A program made the translations under genes and the position numbers. Positions 1-7,793 of a stretch of DNA of 64,000 nt are shown here, piece by piece. Source of the stretch: Acidimicrobiia bacterium (GTDB lineage: Bacteria > Actinomycetota > Acidimicrobiia > Spongiisociales > ZC4RG35); assembly GCA_050329555.1 (NCBI GenBank), contig JBHJOQ010000077.1, positions 3,144 through 67,143 of the forward strand. Direction: 5' to 3'. The notes beneath the pieces are model-generated. The model made no database searches. It worked only from the letters and a program-made list of their open reading frames with translations, and was not told the origin of the DNA. The first letter of the stretch is position 1; each line of letters begins with the position of its first letter.

Positions 1-1217
1 TCGTCGTTGACCCGCCGCAGCTGGTCGGCGGCGGCATGCAGCGCCCGTGCCCGCCCTTCGGGGCCGTTGAGATCGTGGGCGGCTACCTCGTGTCTGATCC
101 TGAACTCGAGCAGCGGTCTCGCCTCCGAGACTGCCTTCGCCAGTTCGTCACCCCTGCCCTCCTGGACCAGGTCGGCGGGGTCGAGGCCGTCCGGCATCAG
201 TGCCACCCGAAGGTCGAGGTCGAGCCGGAACGGAGACTCCAGATCGTCGCTGCGCAGCGCAGCCTTAGAGCCGGCCATATCGGAGTCGAACGCAAGCACC
301 ACCTTCTCCGTGAAACGGCGGAGCAGGTCGAAATGGTCGTCACCGAGAGCGGTGCCACAGGTTGCCACCGCCGTCTCCACACCGGCGAGGTGCATCGCGA
401 TCACATCGGTATATCCCTCGACGATCACCGCCTCGCCCGCCGTCCCCATCGCCGTCCGTGCCCGGTCGAGCCCGTACAGCAAACGCGACTTCTGATAGAC
501 CATCGAATCGGGAGAGTTGACATACTTGGCGTCAGGGTTGTTGGTGGCCTCCCTGGGAACCTCCTCCACCTTCCGCCCGCCGAACCCCACCGGATCGCCC
601 CTGAGGTCGTAGATGGGGAACATGAGCCGCCCCCGGAAGAAGTCGTACATGCCACTGCGGCCTTTGCGGCTCAGCCCGGCATCGGTGAGGGCACGGTCGT
701 CGATCCCGGCCGACCGCAGCTCTTTGGTCAAGGTGTCCCAGTCGGTGCCGGCGAAACCCATCTTCCATTGGTCGATCACAGCAACGTCATAGCCCCGGGC
801 GCGGAGGTATGCCCGGGCGGGGCCGGCGTCGGGTGACGACTTGAGCCTGGTGTGATAGACCTCGATTGCCTTGCGGATCGCATCGATCCCGGCACCACGC
901 CTCCCCCGCCGCTGCGCCGCCCCCGGGTCTTCGGTGAGGGTCACGCCGGCCTTGCGGGCCAGGACCTCCAGCGACTCCCGGAAGTTCAGGCCCTGGGTCT
1001 CCTGGACGAAGCTGAACAGGTCGCCGCCCTTGCCGCAGCCGAAGCAGTGGTAGAGGCCGCGAGCGCGGTCGACCGACATCGACGGTGTCTTCTCCTCATG
1101 GAAGGGGCACACCGCCATGAAGGTCCGACCGGAACGTTTCACCTTCGTGACCTCCGAGATGAGGTCGACGAGATCTATCGACTCCCGGATCCGGTCTATG
1201 TCGGCGCGTTCTGCCAT
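1..1217 (-). CDS. dnaG: DNA primase DnaG, N-terminal ~405 aa (C-terminus runs off the left edge)
   Basis: My own minus-strand translation from the ATG at 1217 gives MAERADIDRIRESIDLVDLISEVTKVKRSGRTFMAVCPFHEEKTPSMSVDRARGLYHCFGCGKGGDLFSF..., which contains the CHC2 zinc finger, followed by TOPRIM (VIVEGYTDVIAMH). It is absent from the ORF track because it is open at the window edge. The + ORFs 7..495 and 36..836 are antisense shadows. Confidence 0.9.
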   Translation of the reverse strand, partial: MAERADIDRIRESIDLVDLISEVTKVKRSGRTFMAVCPFHEEKTPSMSVDRARGLYHCFGCGKGGDLFSFVQETQGLNFRESLEVLARKAGVTLTEDPGAAQRRGRRGAGIDAIRKAIEVYHTRLKSSPDAGPARAYLRARGYDVAVIDQWKMGFAGTDWDTLTKELRSAGIDDRALTDAGLSRKGRSGMYDFFRGRLMFPIYDLRGDPVGFGGRKVEEVPREATNNPDAKYVNSPDSMVYQKSRLLYGLDRARTAMGTAGEAVIVEGYTDVIAMHLAGVETAVATCGTALGDDHFDLLRRFTEKVVLAFDSDMAGSKAALRSDDLESPFRLDLDLRVALMPDGLDPADLVQEGRGDELAKAVSEARPLLEFRIRHEVAAHDLNGPEGRARALHAAADQLRRVND

Positions 1218-1239
1218 GGGAGCCAGATCATAAGGAGGC

Positions 1240-1986
1240 TCAAGAGCTTGTGGCCACGAACTCCAGTTGCAGGGTGACCTCGTCGCTCACATCGGCCACG
1301 AAAGCAACATTCGGGATCCCGATGCCGAAGGCACTACGGAGGACATTCGCAGTGGCCGTTCCCTCGACGGTTGAATCGTCGAGGAGGCTGGCGGTCAACG
1401 CGAACTCGACCTCATTGGTCTGGTCGCGAATGGTCAGGTCGCCGATCAGCGTGAAGGTGAAGGTGTCGCCCACTGCCGCCGACCCGTCCAGCCCCACTGC
1501 CTCTTTCACCTTGAACGTGATGAACTCGAATTCATCGGTGGCGGAGTCGAGGATGATTGGCCCACGAATGGCGCGGTCGCGGTTGCTCGAGTCGGTGACG
1601 AACGTGCGTGCGTTGACCACGAAGTCGGAGAACCGGGTCTGGCCCAGGTCTTCGACGTCGAGGACGAACTGTCCGGCAAGCTCCGTCGTGGTCCCGACAA
1701 CTGTCGTCGGCACGCCCCGCAGCACCTCGTCGAGGGTGAAGATGGCCTGTGACTGATCCGGCTGGATGACAAAAGCCCCGCTGGCCGTCTCGGCGACGGG
1801 GGTGGGAGTCCCTTCGTCGCCGGTGGTGGGTGGCCCGGCCGTCGTGGAGGTCTGGCCGGCAATCGTCGGAGTCGTCAGTTCGGTGCTCGGCTCGCCGGAG
1901 CCGCCGCTGAACCAGAACCAGGCGAAAGCGGATCCGCCGATAGCGAGCACAAAAAGTCCTGTCCAGACCCAGATGGAACGTTTCAC
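1240..1986 (-). CDS. YceI-like (polyisoprenoid-binding family) protein with N-terminal membrane anchor/signal
   Basis: 248 aa. N-terminal hydrophobic segment WVWTGLFVLAIGGSAFAWFWF and a Thr/Pro-rich linker. The C-terminal ~170 aa has the YceI-like beta-barrel pattern (FVIQPDQSQAIFTLDE...VGTTTELAGQFVLD...IRGPIILDS...FTFTLIGDLTIRD). Confidence 0.6.
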   Translation of the reverse strand: MKRSIWVWTGLFVLAIGGSAFAWFWFSGGSGEPSTELTTPTIAGQTSTTAGPPTTGDEGTPTPVAETASGAFVIQPDQSQAIFTLDEVLRGVPTTVVGTTTELAGQFVLDVEDLGQTRFSDFVVNARTFVTDSSNRDRAIRGPIILDSATDEFEFITFKVKEAVGLDGSAAVGDTFTFTLIGDLTIRDQTNEVEFALTASLLDDSTVEGTATANVLRSAFGIGIPNVAFVADVSDEVTLQLEFVATSS

Positions 1987-2040
1987 ATCGGCATCACGAT
2001 CGTCGATCCTGACCGCTACATGTCAAGGGGGCGTTAACGA

Positions 2041-3348
2041 TCAAGACAGTTTCGCCATCAGATAGCCCTCCACGGCATCCATCGAGACCCGGTCCTGGGC
2101 CATGGTGTCACGGTCCCGGACGGTTACCGCACCATCTTCGAGGCTCTCGAAGTCGACAGTTACGCAATAAGGCGTGCCGATCTCGTCCTGGCGGCGGTAC
2201 CTCTTGCCGATCGACTGGGTGATGTCAAGCTCCGCCATCCAGTGCTTACGGAGCCCAGCGATGATCTTCTCCGCCGGTTCGATCAGCTCCGGTTTCTTGG
2301 AGAGGGGCAGCACCGCCACCTTGTACGGCGCCAGCCGGTGGTGCAGCTTGAGCACCGTTCTGGTGTCGTCGCCGACGGTTTCCTCGTTGTAGGCGTCGAT
2401 GAGGAAAGCAAAAGTAGTCCGGGTTGCTCCTGCCGCCGGCTCGACGACATGGGGAAAGAAGCGCTCGTTGGACTCCGGATCGAAGTAGGTGAGGTCCTGG
2501 CCGGAGTGCTCGGCATGCTGTTTGAGATCGAAGTCGGCCCGGTTGGCGATGCCCTCCAGCTCGTCCCAGTCCCAGGGGAAGCGGTATTCGATGTCGACGG
2601 TGCCCGACGAATAGTGGCTCAGCTCGTCGTTCTCATGGGGCCGGATCCGGAGGTTGTCCGGGTCCATGCCCAGATCGAGGTACCACTGGAACCGCTGGTC
2701 CTGCCAGTACTGATACCACTCCGGGCTCGCTTCGGGCCGGCAGAAATACTCCATCTCCATCTGCTCGAACTCACGGGTGCGAAACACGAACTGGCCGGGG
2801 GTGATCTCGTTGCGGAACGATTTGCCCACCTGGGCGATGCCGAACGGGAGCTTGAGGCGGTTGGTCCTGCGCACGTTTTCGAAATTGGTAAAGATCCCTT
2901 GTGCGGTCTCCGGGCGGAGATAGACCAGGTTGTCCTCACTGTCGATGGGCCCCATGTGGGTACGGAACATCAGGTTGAAGTTGCGGGGGGCGGTGAAGGT
3001 CCCGGACTTGCCACAGCTCGGGCACTTGTCGGGATCGTCGAGCTTGTCCTGGCGGAAACGGCTGTTGCAGCTGGAGCACTCGACGAGAGGGTCGGTGAAC
3101 ACCTCCTCGTGGCCCGACGCCTGCCAGACCTTGCGCGCCTGGAGGATGGCCGAATCGATCCCGACGATGTCGGAGCGCTGTTGGACCATCGAGCGCCACC
3201 ACTCTTCCTTGACGTTCTTGAGCAGCTCGACCCCGAGCGGACCGTAGTCATAAGACGAGCGCAGGCCGCCGTAGATTTCGCTGGCCTGGAAGACGAACCC
3301 GCGCTGTTTGGCGAGGTTGGAGATGGTGTCGAGTGTTACTTCGGTCAT
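2041..3348 (-). CDS. glyQS: Glycine--tRNA ligase (homodimeric class II type)
   Basis: 435 aa. N-terminus ISNLAKQRGFVFQASEIYGGLRSSYDYGPLGVELLKNVK and class II motifs are typical of GlyQS. Confidence 0.93.
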   Translation of the reverse strand: MTEVTLDTISNLAKQRGFVFQASEIYGGLRSSYDYGPLGVELLKNVKEEWWRSMVQQRSDIVGIDSAILQARKVWQASGHEEVFTDPLVECSSCNSRFRQDKLDDPDKCPSCGKSGTFTAPRNFNLMFRTHMGPIDSEDNLVYLRPETAQGIFTNFENVRRTNRLKLPFGIAQVGKSFRNEITPGQFVFRTREFEQMEMEYFCRPEASPEWYQYWQDQRFQWYLDLGMDPDNLRIRPHENDELSHYSSGTVDIEYRFPWDWDELEGIANRADFDLKQHAEHSGQDLTYFDPESNERFFPHVVEPAAGATRTTFAFLIDAYNEETVGDDTRTVLKLHHRLAPYKVAVLPLSKKPELIEPAEKIIAGLRKHWMAELDITQSIGKRYRRQDEIGTPYCVTVDFESLEDGAVTVRDRDTMAQDRVSMDAVEGYLMAKLS

Positions 3349-3380
3349 GTGTCCGCTGAACGGTGGCTCAGATCCGGTGC

Positions 3381-4136
3381 TTAGTCAACCTGGATCCGGT
3401 CTTCGGCCCCGCCGAAGCGGCGTTCCCGTGCCTGGTACTCGACCACCGCGTCGACCAGGGCGTGGCGATCGAAGTCGGGCCAGAGGATGCCGGGAAAGTA
3501 GAACTCGGCATAAGCGGACTGCCAGAGCAGGAAATTGGAGAGGCGGTGCTCCCCCGAAGACCTGATCACCAGGTCGACCGGCGGCATGTCAGGAATGTAG
3601 AGATGGTCAGCGATTGACGCCTCGTCGATGATTTCCGGATCGAGATCCCCCGCTGATGCCTTGCGGGCAAGCTCTTTCGCCGCCGATGCGATCTCCCGCT
3701 GGCTCCCGTAATTGAACGCAAACACCAAGCGCAGCACCTCGTTGCCGGCGGTCAGCTCTGCAGCCTCGGCCATATGCGTGCGGTTGCGGTCGGGGATCCG
3801 GGGATCGTCCATGTCGCCTGCGAAGAGCATCCGCACCCCCTGCTTGTTCAGATCGTCGCGCCGGCGGGTGAGCAAATCCTCGTTGAACCACATCAAGAAC
3901 TCGACCTCGTCGTCGGCGCGGTTCCAGTTCTCGGTGGAAAAGGTGAAAGCGGTCATCCACCCGACTCCGAGAGCGAGGGCGCCCTCCACGGTGTCGAACA
4001 AGGCCTCCTCGCCAGCCAGATGCCCCGCGGTCCTCGGGAGGCCCCGCTGATTGGCCCACCGGCCGTTGCCGTCGAGGATCAGGCCGATGTGGCGGGGAAC
4101 CCGATCGAGGTCGACTGCTCCCAGATCGAGTGTCAT
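3381..4136 (-). CDS. uppS: Undecaprenyl/isoprenyl diphosphate synthase (cis-prenyltransferase)
   Basis: HIGLILDGNGRWANQRGLPRTAGH...FTFSTENWNR...SGEHRLSNFLLWQSAYAEF. I start it at the ATG at 4136, which forms an ATGA overlap with the recO stop. The 362-aa track ORF has an Arg/Pro-rich N-terminal extension that overlaps recO and is not credible. Confidence 0.9.
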   Translation of the reverse strand: MTLDLGAVDLDRVPRHIGLILDGNGRWANQRGLPRTAGHLAGEEALFDTVEGALALGVGWMTAFTFSTENWNRADDEVEFLMWFNEDLLTRRRDDLNKQGVRMLFAGDMDDPRIPDRNRTHMAEAAELTAGNEVLRLVFAFNYGSQREIASAAKELARKASAGDLDPEIIDEASIADHLYIPDMPPVDLVIRSSGEHRLSNFLLWQSAYAEFYFPGILWPDFDRHALVDAVVEYQARERRFGGAEDRIQVD

Positions 4137-4849
4137 TCCAGCACCGCCAGCGAGAAGAGCTTGCGGTCGAGGTGGTATTCGAGGAAGCGGCGGGCGATAC
4201 CCATTGCCTCCCCGCTCAGCACCGGGTCGGTTACCGGAAGACTCATCAACTCGGAACGAGCAAGGCCATCGAGATAAACAGTGATCCCCCGCCGCAGCTT
4301 GACACCGCCTTCGACCTGGCACACGGAGCAGTGGACACCGCCACCGGAGAAAGAGAAGCGGTCCAGGTTGTCGGTCCTGCCGCACGAAGCACACTCGACC
4401 AGTGCTACCGCCACGCCGACGACGTCGGCGAGTTTGAGCAGGAATGCAGTGATCAGGTCCGGCGAGCACATCCCGGAGTCGAGCGCCTTGAGCCCGCGCT
4501 GGAGGAGGAGGAAGAGACGGACCGACGACTCCTGTTCCTGGGCGACGGCATCGACGGCTTCGACCATCATCCCCGCTGCGATCACCGAATCGAGGTCGCC
4601 TCGCAGCCGCTTGAACGGCTCGACGGTGGCCACCTGGGTGATGGTGTCCAGATTCCTGCCCTCATAGAGGACCAGGTCGACATGGGTGAACGGCTCGAGA
4701 CGGCCTCCGAAACGGCTCTTGGTCTTCCGTACCCCTTTGGCAACGGTCCTGATCTTGCCGTTGTTAGGACTGATCAACACCACCACCCGGTCGGCATCGC
4801 CGAACGGATAGGAGCGGAGGACTATTGCCTGGTCGTGCCGGATCGCCAC
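4133..4849 (-). CDS. recO: DNA repair protein RecO
   Basis: 238 aa. OB-fold N-terminus (AIVLRSYPFGDADRVVVLISPNNGKIRTVAKGVRK) and a Cys4 zinc motif (CASCG...CSVC). Confidence 0.9.
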   Translation of the reverse strand: MAIRHDQAIVLRSYPFGDADRVVVLISPNNGKIRTVAKGVRKTKSRFGGRLEPFTHVDLVLYEGRNLDTITQVATVEPFKRLRGDLDSVIAAGMMVEAVDAVAQEQESSVRLFLLLQRGLKALDSGMCSPDLITAFLLKLADVVGVAVALVECASCGRTDNLDRFSFSGGGVHCSVCQVEGGVKLRRGITVYLDGLARSELMSLPVTDPVLSGEAMGIARRFLEYHLDRKLFSLAVLE

Positions 4850-4914
4850 AGGCCAAGAGTATTGGAACCATGACGCTGCGCCGGGCTTATCCGCAACTCC
4901 CGTAGGATGAGGAC

Positions 4915-5208
4915 ATGGCCGATCTACTCAGCGACGAACAGATATCCGCATTCCTCGACGAGCACAAGCGATGGGAGCGCGACGGGGATGCGATCAAGGC
5001 GACCTTCGAATTCGAGGACTTCAACGAGTCACTCGGGTTCGTGACCCGGGTCGGGCTGAAGGCCGAGGCCATGTTCCACCATCCCGACATCGAGATCAGC
5101 TGGGACAAGGTGGGCCTGACGCTTTCGACCCACTCTGAGGGCGGATTGACCGAAATGGATACCAAGCTCGCCGCCTTCTGCGACGAGATCGTCTCGAACG
5201 GCGAGTAA
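4915..5208 (+). CDS. 4a-hydroxytetrahydrobiopterin dehydratase (PCD/DCoH family)
   Basis: 97 aa. FEDFNESLGFVTRVGLKAEAMFHHPDIEISWDKV contains the family HHP motif. Confidence 0.85.
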   Translation: MADLLSDEQISAFLDEHKRWERDGDAIKATFEFEDFNESLGFVTRVGLKAEAMFHHPDIEISWDKVGLTLSTHSEGGLTEMDTKLAAFCDEIVSNGE

Positions 5209-5209
5209 C

Positions 5210-6106
5210 TCAGGAGCCGCCGAAGCCGAAGCGGTCGAGGATCTGACCCCGGATCTGCCAGTCCTTCTCCACCACGACATGGAGTTTCAGGTTCACCTTC
5301 GTGCCGAACAGCACTTCGAGCTCTTCCCGGGCCTCGGTGCCGGCGATCTTCAACAGCTCGCCGCTTTTGCCGATGACGATCCCCTTCTGGCTCTTCCTCT
5401 CGACGATGACATCAGCGGTGATGTCGAGGAGGCCGTTGTCTCTCTGCTCCATGTCCTCGACCCTGACCAACAGAGAATGGGGTAATTCGTCTCGGAGCCG
5501 TTCGAGGAACTTCTCCCTGACGATCTCGGAAACCACCAGCGACTCTGGCTGGTCGGTCATCATCCCCTCCGGGTAATAGCGCGGCCCTTCGGGGAGCCGC
5601 ACCACGATCTCGTCGACCAGGGCCTGGAGCCCGGTTCCCTCGGTGGCGGAGATGGGCACGTAGGCAGCGAAATCCCACTCCCCTGCCCGCACCAGCTGCT
5701 CACCGATCTCGGTCCTGGTGCCTTTGTCCGACTTATTGACGGCGAGCACCACCGTTGAAGACGCCGCAACCAGCCTCTCGGCAATCAACCTGTCACCAGG
5801 CCCGATCGGTGCGGAGGCATCGATCAAGAAGAGGACCACGTCGGCGTCGGCGAGGGTCCCATAGACCATAGAGTTGAGCCTCGAACCGAGCTCGGTCCGC
5901 GGCTTGTGTAGTCCGGGGGTGTCGACCAACACGATCTGATATTCGGGTTGGTCGGCGTCGGGGCCGGTGACCACTCCCCGGATCGTGTTCCTGGTGGTCT
6001 GCGGCCGGGAAGAGGTAATGGTCACTTTGGTGCCGACCAGGGCGTTGACCAGAGTCGACTTGCCGACATTGGGCCGCCCGACGACGGCGACGAACCCCGA
6101 TTTCAT
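5210..6106 (-). CDS. era: GTPase Era
   Basis: MKSGFVAVVGRPNVGKSTLVNALVG (G1), DTPG (G3), NKSD (G4) and a C-terminal KH domain. The start at 6106 makes an ATGA overlap with the upstream gene's stop. The longer track ORF (to 6337) is an overlap artefact. Confidence 0.92.
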   Translation of the reverse strand: MKSGFVAVVGRPNVGKSTLVNALVGTKVTITSSRPQTTRNTIRGVVTGPDADQPEYQIVLVDTPGLHKPRTELGSRLNSMVYGTLADADVVLFLIDASAPIGPGDRLIAERLVAASSTVVLAVNKSDKGTRTEIGEQLVRAGEWDFAAYVPISATEGTGLQALVDEIVVRLPEGPRYYPEGMMTDQPESLVVSEIVREKFLERLRDELPHSLLVRVEDMEQRDNGLLDITADVIVERKSQKGIVIGKSGELLKIAGTEAREELEVLFGTKVNLKLHVVVEKDWQIRGQILDRFGFGGS

Positions 6107-7293
6107 GCGGTTTCGGGCTGGGGGTCTATGACCACGGTCAGCTCGGCGATGCGCCGGCCCTGCATCCGGACCACAGTGAACACGCAGTCGCCAACCCGGA
6201 ACGTCTCGCCTTCTTCGGGGACACGTTCCGCCACGGCGAGTACAAGCCCGCCGACAGTGTCGGACTCCGCTTCCGGTAACTCCACCTCGAGCTCGGCCGC
6301 CAGGTCCTCGACCGGCAGGCGGGCATCGACAGCCCACCGGCCGTCGCCGGAGGCAACGAGCAGCAGCTCGTCTTCATCGGTCTCATCAGTGATCTCGCCC
6401 ACCAGCTCCTCGAGCAGGTCTTCGATTGTGATCAGCCCGGTGATATCGCCGTACTCGTCGACGACGATCATTTGATGCACCTTCCCGACCTGCATCTCGG
6501 CGAGCAAAGTCGCAGCCAGCTTGGTCTCGGGAACGAAATCGACAGGTCGCATCACTGCGGCCACCGATTCTGGACGCTTGTTCCCGACGAACATCGGAAG
6601 CAGGTCCTTCACGATCACCAGCCCAACAACATCGGAGTCGGCGGTGACGGGAATTCGCGAGTATCCCTCGTCGGTGGCGAGAGCGACGAGCTCCTCGATG
6701 GTCCCGGTCACCGGCACGGTCACCATATCGGGGCGGGGGGTCATCACCTCCCTGACCATGGTCTCGGAGAACTGGAGGACCGACAGGATCAGCTCGCGCT
6801 CTTGTTCATCGGAGATCTCCTCCTCGACGTCTTCGAGTTCGTCGTTCTGGTCGACATCGGCTTCGAAGATGAGATCATTGGCCCATCCCCCGAGCCTGAC
6901 CGCTACCCCGAGGACGGGAGCGGACCGGTATGCCATCCGGTGGGATGCGACGCGGCCGATCCCGCGTGGAATGAGGTCGCCCACTAGGAACACAATCAGG
7001 CCAACCACGAGACCGAGCCAGACCGCCGCAATCGCAGACTCGTTGGCGGCCACAGCCGCGACCCCGAGCGTGGCGCTGACCACGAGCAGTGCCGAGCCCA
7101 CGACGCCGACGGCTGGTGCAATCACCTCGCGATCGTCGAGCATCTCGGCAACGGCCTCCGCACCCTTCACTTCCTCAGAAGCGTCCCGGAGAGCATCGGC
7201 TCGTGGAACTCTGCTGATTGCAGTACCGGCCGCGCGCAGCCATGCAGCAAACAACAAGATCAGCCCGGCGATGACAAGGGTCAGCGTGGTCAT
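6103..7293 (-). CDS. Hemolysin/CorC-family membrane protein (CNNM/DUF21 TM domain + CBS pair + CorC_HlyC)
   Basis: 396 aa. It has N-terminal TM helices, a CBS-pair region (VREVMTPRPDMVTV...VVDEYGDITGLITIEDLLEELVGEI) and a C-terminal transporter-associated domain. Confidence 0.85.
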   Translation of the reverse strand: MTTLTLVIAGLILLFAAWLRAAGTAISRVPRADALRDASEEVKGAEAVAEMLDDREVIAPAVGVVGSALLVVSATLGVAAVAANESAIAAVWLGLVVGLIVFLVGDLIPRGIGRVASHRMAYRSAPVLGVAVRLGGWANDLIFEADVDQNDELEDVEEEISDEQERELILSVLQFSETMVREVMTPRPDMVTVPVTGTIEELVALATDEGYSRIPVTADSDVVGLVIVKDLLPMFVGNKRPESVAAVMRPVDFVPETKLAATLLAEMQVGKVHQMIVVDEYGDITGLITIEDLLEELVGEITDETDEDELLLVASGDGRWAVDARLPVEDLAAELEVELPEAESDTVGGLVLAVAERVPEEGETFRVGDCVFTVVRMQGRRIAELTVVIDPQPETA

Positions 7294-7754
7294 CTCCGCA
7301 CCTTGCCGATCTTGGCGAGGATCTCTCTCTCCCGCTGTTCCATCGCCTCTGCCTCATCGTCATTCTGATGGTCGTAGCCGAGCAAGTGGAGCAGGCCGTG
7401 AACCACCATCAATGAGATCTCGTCTTCGAAGCTCACGCCGTACTCCTCCGCCTGCCTCGAGATGTACTCAGGGGCGACGATGACATCGCCGAGAAGCAGG
7501 GGGGGATCATTGAAGTCGCGTTCGGGCACCACTCCGGGCTCGAGATCTTCGACTGGAAACGCGAGCACGTCGGTGGGCCCGGTCCGGTCGAGGAAACGCT
7601 CGTTGTAAGAGCCCATCTCTGAGTCACTGACCAGAAGCAGGGTCACCTCGGAGCTTTCCGGATATCCCTCTCCTTCCACCAACAGTTCGGCAAGCGCCCG
7701 AATCGCCGGAAGGTCGACGGGCCGGGATTGCTCATCGGCAACAAAAATGCTCAC
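7290..7754 (-). CDS. ybeY: rRNA maturation endoribonuclease YbeY
   Basis: 154 aa with the diagnostic metal motif HGLLHLLGYDH. Confidence 0.92.
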   Translation of the reverse strand: MSIFVADEQSRPVDLPAIRALAELLVEGEGYPESSEVTLLLVSDSEMGSYNERFLDRTGPTDVLAFPVEDLEPGVVPERDFNDPPLLLGDVIVAPEYISRQAEEYGVSFEDEISLMVVHGLLHLLGYDHQNDDEAEAMEQREREILAKIGKVRR

Positions 7755-7793
7755 GGGTGAGCACCGGTATATCGACTGAGGGGGTCGTCCACC

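Noticed and set aside
7-836. Long + strand ORFs 7..495 and 36..836 at the left edge.
   Set aside because: They are Arg/Ala/Ser/Pro-rich products with no motifs. The opposite strand encodes an unmistakable DnaG primase, so these are antisense shadows typical of high-GC DNA.
3381-6337. N-terminal extensions of the track ORFs for uppS (to 4469) and era (to 6337).
   Set aside because: The extensions are Arg/Pro-rich and overlap the upstream genes (recO, CorC-like) by hundreds of nt. Internal ATGs form ATGA stop/start overlaps and give normal-length proteins.
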